From positions 13,218 through 77,217 of the forward strand of contig JANWJQ010000046.1 in NCBI GenBank assembly GCA_025451875.1: a stretch of DNA of 64,000 nt. The letters run 5' to 3'. The notes under the pieces are model-generated. The model was given only the letters and a program-made list of their open reading frames with translations. It did no database searches and had not been told where the DNA came from. The position numbers and the translations under genes were made by a program. This stretch comes from Rhizomicrobium sp. (GTDB lineage: Bacteria; Pseudomonadota; Alphaproteobacteria; Micropepsales; Micropepsaceae). The first letter of the stretch is position 1; every line of letters starts with the position of its first letter. Positions 1 through 9,840 of this stretch are shown here, in pieces.

Positions 1-1
1 C

Positions 2-253
2 GATCTGCGCGGTGCTGCCGGAACGGAGCTGTTCGCTGAAATTGTTGGAGAATATCTTGGGCTGCGTGTTGACCTTGGTGATCAGGTCATAGGTCGAGAC
101 GGATACGATGCCGGTGTTGGGATCGCGATAGACCGGCGCCTCGCTGCGCAGCCGTGCGAAATAGGGATAGGGATCCTGCAGGATGACGGGATCGAACGCA
201 TTGATCTGGTGCAGTGGGCATTTCGCCATATCGCGCGCGGGCTCTGACATCAT
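2..253 (-). CDS. Cytochrome P450, N-terminal part (runs off left edge)
   Basis: Manual translation MMSEPARDMAKCPLHQINAFDPVILQDPYPYFARLRSEAPVYRDPNTG...; DPYPYFARLR..APV is typical of bacterial P450 N-termini; GGAGA RBS upstream; heme Cys motif lies outside the window. Confidence 0.75.
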   Translation of the reverse strand, partial: MMSEPARDMAKCPLHQINAFDPVILQDPYPYFARLRSEAPVYRDPNTGIVSVSTYDLITKVNTQPKIFSNNFSEQLRSGSTAQI

Positions 254-259
254 GTTCTC

Positions 260-1027
260 CTAGGCCAGATAGCCGCCATCGACCGGCAGATCGATGCCGG
301 TGATGTAGCTCGATTGATCGGATGCAAGAAATACGATGGCGTCCGCCGGTTCGTGCGGGCGCCCCAGTCTCTTCAGCGGGTGAACCGATGCGAAGCCTTC
401 GATCACGGCTTCGCGCGTGCCGCCCGCCGCAATTCCAGCGGCGATATAGCCTTCGACCATCTCGGTGTGGATCGCACCGGGCAGGATCGCATTGACCCGG
501 ATGTCGTATCCCTGTTCTGCGCAATGCAGCGCCACCGCGCGGGTCAGCATGCGCACGCCGCCTTTCGACGCGCTGTAGGACACGAAGATCGCGCCTGCTT
601 TCGCGCCGAGCGTGGACGCGACGTTGATGATCGCCGCGCCTTTCTGGCCTTTGAGCGCCGCTACGCCAAACTTGCAGCCGAGAAAGGTGCCTTCCAGATT
701 GATCGCGATGGTGCGGCGGAAGCCTTCGAGACTTTCCTGCTCGATCGTTGCCGGTACCGAAATCCCCGCCGAGTTCACGAGCGTGGTGAGCCCGCCGAAG
801 CGCTTGATGGCGGCATCCACGGCGGCGCGCCACGAATCTTCCGAAGTGACATTGAGGTGGACGTAAAACGCCGCGTCTCCGAGTTCGCGGGCGAGCGCAT
901 TGCCTTTGTCGTCCTGAAGGTCCGCCAGTGCGACCCGCGCGCCTTCCGCCACGAACCGCCGCGCGGTGGCGGCGCCGATTCCGCTCGCCCCGCCGCTGAT
1001 GAATGCGATTTTCCCGTTGAGCGTCAT
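260..1027 (-). CDS. Short-chain dehydrogenase/reductase (hydroxysteroid-dehydrogenase-like)
   Basis: GGASGIG Rossmann motif, NSAG, YSASK catalytic motif; start moved to ATG of MTLNGK. Confidence 0.9.
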   Translation of the reverse strand: MTLNGKIAFISGGASGIGAATARRFVAEGARVALADLQDDKGNALARELGDAAFYVHLNVTSEDSWRAAVDAAIKRFGGLTTLVNSAGISVPATIEQESLEGFRRTIAINLEGTFLGCKFGVAALKGQKGAAIINVASTLGAKAGAIFVSYSASKGGVRMLTRAVALHCAEQGYDIRVNAILPGAIHTEMVEGYIAAGIAAGGTREAVIEGFASVHPLKRLGRPHEPADAIVFLASDQSSYITGIDLPVDGGYLA

Positions 1028-1120
1028 GTCCTTGCGCGCCTCCCGCGGATCCCCGTTCGCGGGGACTCTTATGTGCTGCAATCCAGCAAGATCAGAATAA
1101 ACAGATCAACTTGCTTATAA

Positions 1121-1140
1121 CAATCAAGCTTGACTTTTTT
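1121..1140. promoter_or_regulatory. Putative operator TCA-N4-TGACTT in divergent SDR/TBDR promoter
   Basis: CAATCAAGCTTGACTTTTTT resembles AAGTCAGTAGTGACTTTTTT at 14239. Confidence 0.4.
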
Positions 1141-1241
1141 TTGCCGCGTGGAAGAGTTGCCTTCTCGGCGCCGGGGGATGGGCGAAAAAAAGGCGGCAAA
1201 GCCGCCGATCTCCCCCACAAAGCGCTTGAGGGGAGGAAAAG

Positions 1242-3593
1242 ATGGCGTACGCACAACGGGGATACGTTCGCGCATTACTGATTTCAGCAAGCTTTTTGAG
1301 CATCGGCATGGTTGTCGAGCCGGCAGCGGCCCAGAAGCAGGGCGTCGCCGCTTCGTCGGGGAGCGGTATCGAAGAGGTGACGGTTACGGCGACGCGCCGG
1401 GCCACCGACAAGCAAAAAGTCGGTGTTTCGCTGACGGCGCTGACATCGGAAGAACTGAAGGTTCAGGCTCCGCACACGCTCCAGGACCTGAACGGATCGG
1501 CCCCCAACGTCTTCATCGGCATGGGCACCGCCGGGCCCGCGCAGAGCGCGATCTTTATTCGCGGCCAAGGCTATGCCGACGTGGAAAAGACGCAGAGCCC
1601 GCCAGTCGGCGTCATGCAGGACGGCGTATTCTTCGGAAATAACACCGGCCAGCTTCTCGACATGTTCGACGTGTGCTCGGTGGAAGTGGACCGCGGACCG
1701 CAGGGCATCTTCTACGGCAAGAACACGACCGCCGGCCTCATCAATATCACCCGCTGCGCGCCGACACGCGAGTGGGGCGGACAGGTGTCCGTCGGCTTCG
1801 GCTCGTACAAGGATGAATACATTCGCGGCGTGGTGAACATGCCGCTCGGCGAGAACGGTGGCATCAAGCTGTCCGGCCAGTGGCATTCGAATGACGGCTA
1901 TTACCGGGACGTGTTCACCGGCGATCGCGCCGGTGGCTCGCGCTACAACGCCTTTAACGCCGTCATCGATTACGATCTGACGAGCTGGCTGAACGTCAAT
2001 TTCAGCTATGACCATATGCACGACAATGGCGGCGGTCAGCCCGTGCAGTTCGGAAACGCGCTGACGGCAAATATCCTGACGGGCGGTTTCCCGGGGCTGG
2101 TCTGGCCGAGCTACAATCCGAAGACGGGAAGTCCGGATGGGTTAAAGCCCTGGCAGATCGAGAACAATGCAGGCGGCGACTCCGATCATTACGACAACGA
2201 TATCTACAGCCTGATTTTGAAGGCCGATACGCCAATCGGACAGCTGGTTTCGCAGACCGCCTTCATGAATGAATCCGACAACGTCCATCAGGATTTCGAT
2301 GGCACATGCGTGGGCGCCGTCGGTTGTACCAGCGTCGGCAATCCGCTGCTGGCTGCGACCGGATCCATGTTGGAGACGATCCGCGATCAAAAGTACCAGC
2401 AGTTCACACAGGAAGTCCGCCTCGCCGGATCGTTCTGGGATAACTGGGACTATCTGCTTGGAGTCTTCTACTACCATCACGATATCGATCTGCATCAGAA
2501 CACCAACAGTGTGATCGACCAGTACTCCGCGGAAGGCGACTACTCCTGGTCGTTCTTCGGCAACCTGGACTGGAACGTCACCGACACGATCAAGCTGTCG
2601 GCCGGTCTGCGCGACATCGAGGAAACCAAGCACTTCGGCACCAAATACATCCTGCTTGGCACGATCCCGATCACGCCGCACATCACCGACCACAAGAGCT
2701 GGAGCAAGGTCGTTTCGCGCCTGAACGCACAGTGGCAGGCGACACCGGGCACGCTCCTCTATGCAAACCGTTCGGAAGGCTTCCGTTCGGGCGGCTTCTC
2801 GATGCGCGGCACCTTGTCGGAGCAGAACGGAACGCAGAGCAATTGCGGTGTCTTGGCTGGCTGCCCGGCGAACAACTTCCTGTCGTTCGATCCGGAAACT
2901 AATGTCACCTATGAAGTCGGCGTGAAAAACCAGTTCTTCGACAACGGGTTGACCTTCAACGTCGATGGCTTCATCAACGACATCAAGGGCTTCCAGCAGA
3001 CCGAAGTCGTCGAAACGCCCGGCTACGGTCCCGGTACCAACACCTACATCGTGAACTACCCGAAGGTCCGCATTAAGGGTCTCGAGTTCGAGTTGGATGC
3101 GGTGCTCGGCACTTGGGCGCCGGCGCTGGACGGGTTCATCCTGACGGCGAACCTCGGTATCCAGAGTGGAAAGGTGAAGGATGGTGTCGTCAATGGCCAG
3201 CAAGTGGCGCTCGGTGCGGGCGCGACGGCCGGTCCTCCGGGATCTATCGCCGATTTCACCGGCACTGGACTGCAGCGCATTCCGTCCAACAACTACACGC
3301 TCCGTGCGACCTACACGCGGGACGTTGGTACGGACACGGACGTAGCGCTGACCGTGGGATATTCGCACATCGCGAAATTCTCTCTCGGCAATTTCGGCAC
3401 CGCGCAGGACTTCCAGCCGGGTTACGGGTTGCTCGATGCTTCGGCAACGCTGGACTGGAAGAACTACTACATCAAGATTAGCGGCAAGAACCTGTCCAAC
3501 AAAGCTTATCGGGACCAGTCCTTGCCGACGGTGTTCTTCCAGGGCTGGGGAGCGCCGCGGACATATCAGATCGAGGTCGGCGCAAAGTTTTGA
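1242..3593 (+). CDS. TonB-dependent receptor
   Basis: Signal peptide, TonB box IEEVTVTA, plug motif VEVDRGPQG, C-terminal Phe; GGGGAGG RBS. Confidence 0.95.
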   Translation: MAYAQRGYVRALLISASFLSIGMVVEPAAAQKQGVAASSGSGIEEVTVTATRRATDKQKVGVSLTALTSEELKVQAPHTLQDLNGSAPNVFIGMGTAGPAQSAIFIRGQGYADVEKTQSPPVGVMQDGVFFGNNTGQLLDMFDVCSVEVDRGPQGIFYGKNTTAGLINITRCAPTREWGGQVSVGFGSYKDEYIRGVVNMPLGENGGIKLSGQWHSNDGYYRDVFTGDRAGGSRYNAFNAVIDYDLTSWLNVNFSYDHMHDNGGGQPVQFGNALTANILTGGFPGLVWPSYNPKTGSPDGLKPWQIENNAGGDSDHYDNDIYSLILKADTPIGQLVSQTAFMNESDNVHQDFDGTCVGAVGCTSVGNPLLAATGSMLETIRDQKYQQFTQEVRLAGSFWDNWDYLLGVFYYHHDIDLHQNTNSVIDQYSAEGDYSWSFFGNLDWNVTDTIKLSAGLRDIEETKHFGTKYILLGTIPITPHITDHKSWSKVVSRLNAQWQATPGTLLYANRSEGFRSGGFSMRGTLSEQNGTQSNCGVLAGCPANNFLSFDPETNVTYEVGVKNQFFDNGLTFNVDGFINDIKGFQQTEVVETPGYGPGTNTYIVNYPKVRIKGLEFELDAVLGTWAPALDGFILTANLGIQSGKVKDGVVNGQQVALGAGATAGPPGSIADFTGTGLQRIPSNNYTLRATYTRDVGTDTDVALTVGYSHIAKFSLGNFGTAQDFQPGYGLLDASATLDWKNYYIKISGKNLSNKAYRDQSLPTVFFQGWGAPRTYQIEVGAKF

Positions 3594-3646
3594 TCGCTCG
3601 CTCGATTTAGAAAAATGCGGTCCGGCTTCGTCCGGGCCGCCATACC

Positions 3647-3690
3647 GGATGAAACGGCTGCAGCCGCGAAGGCTGCAGCCGTATTCATCC
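3647..3690 (+). terminator. Long stem-loop downstream of TBDR (no U-tract; mRNA stabiliser or attenuator)
   Basis: GGATGAA-ACGGCTGCAGCC-GCGAA-GGCTGCAGCCGT-A-TTCATCC; a smaller hairpin lies at about 3617-3640. Confidence 0.55.
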
Positions 3691-3749
3691 CGGCGCCCAC
3701 CGATCGGTTCCTGGTTGTAGTGGCGCGCCGGACACGCAAGGAGAGTGCG

Positions 3750-4508
3750 TTGCAGAAGTCCGACTCCGAACGCGAACTGGCCGGGAAGGTGGCAATCATC
3801 ACCGGCGCGTCGCGCGGAATCGGGAAGGCTGTGGCCGCGAAGTTCGCGCGCAACGGAGCGCGCGTCGTGCTAACCGGCCGGAACGCCGAAGCAGGTGTGG
3901 CAACTGCCAAAGAGATTGCCGACGATGGGCTCGACGCGATCTTCGTGAAAGCGGATCAAGGTTCGGAAGCCGATTGGACGGCGGTGCTGGCCTATACGCA
4001 GGGCGCCTTCGGCCGCGTCGATATTCTCGTCGCCAACGCCGGCATCTCGAACAACGTCCCCACCGCGCGGATGGAGCTCGCGCAATTTCGCGATCTCAAT
4101 CGCGTCAATCTGAAGGGACCATTCCTGGGGCTGAAGCATTGCGTTGCCGCGATGCGCCGGCACGGCGAGGGCGGTTCGGTGGTGTTGATGTCTTCCATTG
4201 TGGGAATGGTCGGCGTGCCCGGCTACATCCACTATTCAGCGGCCAAGGGCGGCCTGCGCCTGATGGCGAAAGCCGCTGCGCTGGAGCTTGGCGCGGAGAA
4301 GATACGGGTCAACTCGATTCATCCCGGCATGATCCGCACGGACATGACAGCGGCCTTCGATCAGACCGTTCTTGCGTCCAGAATTCCGCTTGGAAAATTC
4401 GGCGAAGCTGAGGACATCGCAAACGCCGCGCTTTTTCTCGCCAGCGATCGCGGCAAGTTCGTCACCGGGATCCAGCTTGTGGTTGATGGCGGGTGGACGG
4501 TGCAATGA
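3750..4508 (+). CDS. Short-chain dehydrogenase/reductase
   Basis: TGASRGIG, NAG, YSAAK; probable TTG start after AAGGAG (ORF track extends to 3615). Confidence 0.88.
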   Translation: MQKSDSERELAGKVAIITGASRGIGKAVAAKFARNGARVVLTGRNAEAGVATAKEIADDGLDAIFVKADQGSEADWTAVLAYTQGAFGRVDILVANAGISNNVPTARMELAQFRDLNRVNLKGPFLGLKHCVAAMRRHGEGGSVVLMSSIVGMVGVPGYIHYSAAKGGLRLMAKAAALELGAEKIRVNSIHPGMIRTDMTAAFDQTVLASRIPLGKFGEAEDIANAALFLASDRGKFVTGIQLVVDGGWTVQ

Positions 4509-5272
4509 CCGGCAAGCTCACGAACCGCACCATCGTCGTGACAGGCGCTACCAAGGGTATCGGCCGCGAGGCTTGTCTGGCATTGGCGCGCGAAGGTGCA
4601 AATGTGGTCGCCACGGGGCGCGATAAAAAAGGGGGACTGGAAACGGCGGCGCTGGTGAGCGATCTGGGCGGTGCGTGCCTCTATCTGCCTCACGACATCC
4701 GCAAGGAAGACGATTGGTGCAATGTCTTCGCGAAAGTCACGGAGCGCTTCGGCGCGCCGCACGGATTGGTGAACAATGCCGGAATCTTCTTCGTAAAGCC
4801 GCTCGCGGACACCACGGAAGAGGATTTCGACAATATCTATTCCATCAATGTGGAAGGCACCTTCCTTGGAGTGAGACGCGCATTCCAGTCTTTTGCCGCA
4901 TCGAAAACGCAAGGCGCCATCGTCAACGTGTCCTCGCTGATGGGGCAGGTCGGCTTTCCCAATGCTATCGCCTATTGCGCGACCAAAGGTGCGATCACGG
5001 CCATGACCAAAACCGCGGCACTCGAAGGCGCGGCAATGGCGCCCAAGGTCCGCGTGAACTCCCTGCATCCCGGCGTGATCTGGACGCCGATGATCACCGG
5101 CATCTTCGGCGACGATAAGGCATTGTCCGATGCGTTCGCAGCCGACACGCCGCTCAAGATGATTGGCCTTCCGGAATACATGGCCGACGCGATCACATTT
5201 CTCATCAGCGATGACTCTGCCTACGTCACCGGCGCGGAACTGACTGCGGACGGCGGACGTGGCGCGGACTGA
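4505..5272 (+). CDS. Short-chain dehydrogenase/reductase
   Basis: TGATKGIG, NNAG, YCATK; ATGA overlap with previous gene. Confidence 0.9.
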   Translation: MTGKLTNRTIVVTGATKGIGREACLALAREGANVVATGRDKKGGLETAALVSDLGGACLYLPHDIRKEDDWCNVFAKVTERFGAPHGLVNNAGIFFVKPLADTTEEDFDNIYSINVEGTFLGVRRAFQSFAASKTQGAIVNVSSLMGQVGFPNAIAYCATKGAITAMTKTAALEGAAMAPKVRVNSLHPGVIWTPMITGIFGDDKALSDAFAADTPLKMIGLPEYMADAITFLISDDSAYVTGAELTADGGRGAD

Positions 5273-5289
5273 CATAAAAGGAGACGTTC

Positions 5290-6255
5290 ATGCAATTGAG
5301 CCGCGACGAGTTGAAACGGGCCTATCAGCGGATGTTCACCATCCGCGCGTTCGAGGAGCGCGTGGAAAAGGAATTCGCCGCCGGCAACATTCCCGGTTTC
5401 GCACATGTCTATCTCGGGCAGGAAGCTTCGGGCGTCGGCATCTGCCACGATCTCACCGATGAAGATCTGATCGGCTCCACCCATCGCGGCCACGGCCATT
5501 GCATCGCCAAGGGCTGCGATGTGAAGGGCATGATGCTGGAGATCATGGGCAAGGCGGGCGGGCTGTGCGGCGGCAAGGGCGGTTCGATGCACATCGCCGA
5601 TCTGTCGAAGGGCATGCTGGGTGCCAATGCCATCGTGGGCGGCGCGCCGCCCATCGCGGTTGGTGCTGCGCTCACGCAGAAATACAAGAAGACCGGCCGC
5701 GTCTCGGTTGCCTTCTCCGGCGACGGCGCTTCCAACCAGGGCACGGTGTTCGAAGCGATGAACATGGCCGTGGTGCTCAAGGTTCCGGCCATCTTCGCGT
5801 TCGAGAACAATGGTTATGGCGAGCACACGGCGGCCAGTTACTCGGTGGGTGGCGGTTCCATCGCGGATCGCGCGCGCAGCTTCGGCATGCCGGCGGAAGT
5901 GGTGGATGGCGTGGATTTCTTCGCGGTGCATGACGCCATGGGCCGCGCGCTGGAGCATTGCCGCGCGGGCAATGGCCCTTATGCGCTGGAAATTCGCTGC
6001 TATCGTTTCCTCGGCCACTTCGTCGGCGATCCGCAGGCTTACCGCACCGCGGACGAATTGAAGGAGGCGCGCGCGAACGATCCCTTGCCGCTGTTCCGCA
6101 AGAAGGTGACGGAGGCGAAGCTGCTCGAAGCAGCCGAACTCGACGCTATCGAGAAGGCCATTCTCGCCGAGGTTGAGGACGCTGCGCAAACGGCCATCGC
6201 CGCGCCGCCGCCCGATCTCAAGTCACTCGAAAAAGACGTTTACGCTCGCTACTGA
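5290..6255 (+). CDS. TPP-dependent dehydrogenase E1 alpha subunit, acetoin dehydrogenase (AcoA)-like
   Basis: GQEA, STHRGHGH, GKGGSMH, TPP motif GDGA..ENN, GHFVGD. Confidence 0.9.
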   Translation: MQLSRDELKRAYQRMFTIRAFEERVEKEFAAGNIPGFAHVYLGQEASGVGICHDLTDEDLIGSTHRGHGHCIAKGCDVKGMMLEIMGKAGGLCGGKGGSMHIADLSKGMLGANAIVGGAPPIAVGAALTQKYKKTGRVSVAFSGDGASNQGTVFEAMNMAVVLKVPAIFAFENNGYGEHTAASYSVGGGSIADRARSFGMPAEVVDGVDFFAVHDAMGRALEHCRAGNGPYALEIRCYRFLGHFVGDPQAYRTADELKEARANDPLPLFRKKVTEAKLLEAAELDAIEKAILAEVEDAAQTAIAAPPPDLKSLEKDVYARY

Positions 6256-6267
6256 GGCACGCCCGCT

Positions 6268-7278
6268 ATGGCAAAGAAATCTTATCGCACGGCAATCAAC
6301 GACGCGCTGCGCAGCGAGATGCGGCGCAATCCGGACATCATCATTCTGGGCGAAGACGTCGCGGGTGGGCAGGGCGCGACCGGCGATGTCGGCGTGGTCG
6401 GCAGCGTCTTCGGCGTGCTGGGCGGCTTATATAAAGAGTTCGGCCCCACCCGCGTGATCGACACGCCGATCTCCGAAAGCGCCATCGTGGGTGCGGCGGC
6501 AGGCGCGGCGCTCACCGGCCTTCGCCCCGTGGCCGAAATCATGTTCGTGGATTTCGTCGGCGTCTGCTTCGACCAGATTTACAACCAGGCCGCCAAGTTC
6601 CGTTATATGTTCGGTGGCAAGGCGAAGACGCCCATGATCATCCGCGCCACCATCGGAGCGGGCTTTCGCGCCGGTGCACAGCACAGCCAGTCCATGCACC
6701 CGCTGTTCACGATGGTGCCGGGCCTGAAAGTCGTGATGCCGTCCAACGCCTATGATGCGAAGGGTCTGATGATCGAAGCGCTGCGTGGCGACGATCCGGT
6801 GATCTATCTCGAAGCGAAGACGCTTTACGACACCGAGGTCGAGGTGCCGGATGAGGCTTATCGCATCCCGTTCGGCGAGGCCCGCGTGGCGCGCGAGGGC
6901 AAGGATATTACGCTGGTGGCGTTCGGCCCCATGGTTCCGCGTGCGCTTGCGGTTGCCGAAGCCGTCGGCAAGGATGGGATCAGCGCCGAAGTCATCGATC
7001 CGCGCACGACCTCGCCGCTGGATGAGGATACGATCCTGGAAAGCGTGGAGAAGACAGGACGCCTGGTGCTCGTGGATGAAAGCCCGCCGCGCTGTTCGCT
7101 GGCCTCCGATGTCGCCGCCATCGTCGCCGACAAGGGATTCAAATCTCTCAAAGCGCCGATCAAATCGGTAACCTGTCCGCACACGCCTGTGCCCTTCGCG
7201 CCGGTGCTGGAGGACGAATACATGCCCAATCCGCGCCGCATCGAAGCGGCGGTGCGCGCGGTGATGAAGTTCGACTGA
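6268..7278 (+). CDS. TPP-dependent dehydrogenase E1 beta subunit, AcoB-like
   Basis: GEDV, DTPISESAI, EIMFVDF, NQAAKFRYMFGG, AQHSQ motifs. Confidence 0.9.
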   Translation: MAKKSYRTAINDALRSEMRRNPDIIILGEDVAGGQGATGDVGVVGSVFGVLGGLYKEFGPTRVIDTPISESAIVGAAAGAALTGLRPVAEIMFVDFVGVCFDQIYNQAAKFRYMFGGKAKTPMIIRATIGAGFRAGAQHSQSMHPLFTMVPGLKVVMPSNAYDAKGLMIEALRGDDPVIYLEAKTLYDTEVEVPDEAYRIPFGEARVAREGKDITLVAFGPMVPRALAVAEAVGKDGISAEVIDPRTTSPLDEDTILESVEKTGRLVLVDESPPRCSLASDVAAIVADKGFKSLKAPIKSVTCPHTPVPFAPVLEDEYMPNPRRIEAAVRAVMKFD

Positions 7279-7296
7279 AACCGAAAGGATTTTCAG

Positions 7297-8508
7297 ATGA
7301 CGATATCGCAGGAAGATCGCAAGGCCGGATGGCTGGCGCAGGCGCGCAGAATGGCCACGCATATCCGCAACAAGACATCGGATCTGGCGCCCAGCACTAT
7401 GCGCAACGACGTGTCGGTCTACACCGATCCGGTACGCCATGCGGCCGAGCGGCAGAAGCTGTTCCGCGAAACGCCGGTGGTCGCGTGCCTTTCGACGCAG
7501 CTTCCCAAGCCCGGCAGCTATCGGCTGTTCGATGAGACAGGCGTTCCGATCATTGTGGTGCGCAGCAGTGACGGCGAGGTGCGCGCCTTCCTCAATATCT
7601 GCATGCATCGTGGCGCGCGGCTGGTGCGCGAGCGCGAAGGCACGGCCAAGCTTTTCACCTGCTGGTTCCACGGCTGGTCGTTCGACAACAAGGGCAATCT
7701 TGCTGCCGTGCCGGAGAAGGATCGCTTCGAAGGCGGCCTTGCCCAGAGCGAACACCTGATTTCCGTTCCGGCGGCGGAGCGCTTCGGCCTGGTCTTCGTG
7801 CAGGCGGCGCCCGGCAGCACGATGGATGTCGACAAGCATTTGGGTTCGTTCGCGCCAGTGCTGGAAGCGTTGGAGCTCGACCAGTGCGAACACGTCAAAT
7901 CCGGCGAGCTTCCGGTGAAGTCCAACTGGAAATACGCGCTCGACACCTATGGCGAAGGCTACCATTTCGCGGCGCTGCACAAGGCGACGCTGGCGCCCTA
8001 TTTCCGCAATGACATCACCGTCTATGACAAATACGACCGCCATCACCGCGTCGGTTTCGCGAGCCGGCAGATGGAGGAATGGGCGCACAAGCCGGAAGAA
8101 GAATGGCCGCTAAGCGGGCCGAGCGGCATCCACTATCTCTATCCCAATACCATCATCTTCGTGGGATCGGTGCGGCCGGGTTACAGCTACACAACTCTGT
8201 TCCGCCACTTCCCCGGAGATGCGGTCGGCGAGACGGTCACGCACAAATCCATCTACGCACCGCGCGGCGTGAACTCCGACGATTATCGCAAGGAAGTGGA
8301 AGCGGGGTTCGATGCCACCGCGCATGTGGTGATCACCGAGGATTACGTCACCGCCGCCGAAGGCTGGCGCAACATGACGATGATGCCCAAAGGTGCGACC
8401 GTCGTGTACGGCCGCCAGGAGATCGCGCTGCAGAACCAGCATCGCGATATCGCCGAAGGTGCGGGCATGCCGCTCCCCAAAACCGCCATGCAGGAAGCCG
8501 CCGCATGA
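7297..8508 (+). CDS. Rieske non-heme iron oxygenase alpha subunit
   Basis: Rieske C-x-H...C-x-x-H (NICMHRG, TCWFHGW); mononuclear Fe motif NWK..D...EGYH..LH and late ED. Confidence 0.9.
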   Translation: MTISQEDRKAGWLAQARRMATHIRNKTSDLAPSTMRNDVSVYTDPVRHAAERQKLFRETPVVACLSTQLPKPGSYRLFDETGVPIIVVRSSDGEVRAFLNICMHRGARLVREREGTAKLFTCWFHGWSFDNKGNLAAVPEKDRFEGGLAQSEHLISVPAAERFGLVFVQAAPGSTMDVDKHLGSFAPVLEALELDQCEHVKSGELPVKSNWKYALDTYGEGYHFAALHKATLAPYFRNDITVYDKYDRHHRVGFASRQMEEWAHKPEEEWPLSGPSGIHYLYPNTIIFVGSVRPGYSYTTLFRHFPGDAVGETVTHKSIYAPRGVNSDDYRKEVEAGFDATAHVVITEDYVTAAEGWRNMTMMPKGATVVYGRQEIALQNQHRDIAEGAGMPLPKTAMQEAAA

Positions 8509-9044
8509 GCCGCAAAAATTCCATCACGGCGCTGGGCGAAGTGATGCAGCTCGCCTATGTGCCTGCCGATTTCGACGGCGCGCTGAAATTCTGGATCGAG
8601 ACGATGGGCGCCGGGCCGTTCTTCGCGCTCGATCACGTCAAGCTGGACGACGTGAAATACAGGGGCAAACCGGCGAACATCGATTTCTCGATGGTGCTGG
8701 GGTACTGGGGCGATATCCAGATCGAGCTGATCCGCCAGCACAACGCCACACCCTCCATATATAAGGAGTGGCGGGACGCCGGCCGCGAGGGCCTGCACCA
8801 TGTCTGCATTCTGGTGGACGACATGGCCGCCGCGCGCGCCACGGTGAAGGACGCCGGCGCGACCATCGCCCAGGAAGGCCGCGTGCCGAATGGCGGCGAG
8901 GTCATCTATGTCGATACCGGCGGTGGGCCGGGGACAATGGTCGAGATCCTGAAATCCGCGCCGGGCGGGCGTGAGTTCTTCGCCATGATGCGTGACGCGG
9001 CGAAGAACTGGGACGGCAGCGATCCCATAAGGAAACTCGGCTGA
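8505..9044 (+). CDS. VOC/glyoxalase family protein (methylmalonyl-CoA epimerase-like)
   Basis: MQLAYV, QIELIRQ, GLHHVC, YVDT..MVEI; ATGA overlap with Rieske gene. Confidence 0.8.
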   Translation: MSRKNSITALGEVMQLAYVPADFDGALKFWIETMGAGPFFALDHVKLDDVKYRGKPANIDFSMVLGYWGDIQIELIRQHNATPSIYKEWRDAGREGLHHVCILVDDMAAARATVKDAGATIAQEGRVPNGGEVIYVDTGGGPGTMVEILKSAPGGREFFAMMRDAAKNWDGSDPIRKLG

Positions 9045-9823
9045 TGGTGGATCGTCTCAAAGGCAAAGTCGCCATCGTCACCGGCGGCGCGAGCGGCATC
9101 GGCGCATCGACCGCCCGCATCTTCGCGCGCGAAGGCGCGAAGCTCGTTGTCACCGACGTTCAGGACGAGAAGGGCAAGGCGGTCGCGAAAGAGGTCGATG
9201 GCATTTTCCTGCACCACGACACCTCCGACGAAGCGCAATGGACGACGGTGCTGGCGGAAACGCGCGCCAAGTTCGGCCGCCTCGACGTGCTGATGAACAA
9301 TGCAGGTGTTTTCATTCCGCAGACTATCGAAGATTCCACACTTGATGTGTGGAACAAGGTGCTGGGCATCAATCTCACCGGTGTGATGCTGGGTTGCAAG
9401 CATGCGGTGAAGGCAATGAAGGAAAATCCCGGCGGCCCGAAAGGCTCCATCGTGAATGTTTCGTCGATCACGGGCTTCATGGGGCTGGCTTCGGCGGCTG
9501 CTTACACCGCATCCAAAGGCGGCGTGCGCTTTCTCACCAAATCCGTCGCGGTGCATTGCGCGCGCAACTACCGCACCATCCGCTGCAACTCACTGCACCC
9601 GGGCGCCATCGACACGCCGATGAACCAGGCGGCGTTCGACGCCAGCGGTGATCCCGAAGGCACGCGCAAATATTTCGAGGGGCTGCAACCCATCGGCCGC
9701 ATGGCGACATCGGACGAGATGGGCGAGTGCGCCCTGTTTCTCGCCAGCGACGAGTCTTCCTACATGACCGGCGCCGAGCTCCTCGCCGATGGCGGCTGGA
9801 TGGCCGCCGCCGGGCCGCTTTGA
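9044..9823 (+). CDS. Short-chain dehydrogenase/reductase
   Basis: TGGASGIG, NNAG, YTASK; TGATG coupling. Confidence 0.9.
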   Translation: MVDRLKGKVAIVTGGASGIGASTARIFAREGAKLVVTDVQDEKGKAVAKEVDGIFLHHDTSDEAQWTTVLAETRAKFGRLDVLMNNAGVFIPQTIEDSTLDVWNKVLGINLTGVMLGCKHAVKAMKENPGGPKGSIVNVSSITGFMGLASAAAYTASKGGVRFLTKSVAVHCARNYRTIRCNSLHPGAIDTPMNQAAFDASGDPEGTRKYFEGLQPIGRMATSDEMGECALFLASDESSYMTGAELLADGGWMAAAGPL

Positions 9824-9840
9824 AACTTTAAGGTGCTTCC

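Noticed and set aside
8505-9044. Extradiol ring-cleavage dioxygenase
   Set aside because: It is only about 179 aa with an epimerase/glyoxalase-like pattern, not the two-domain extradiol signature.
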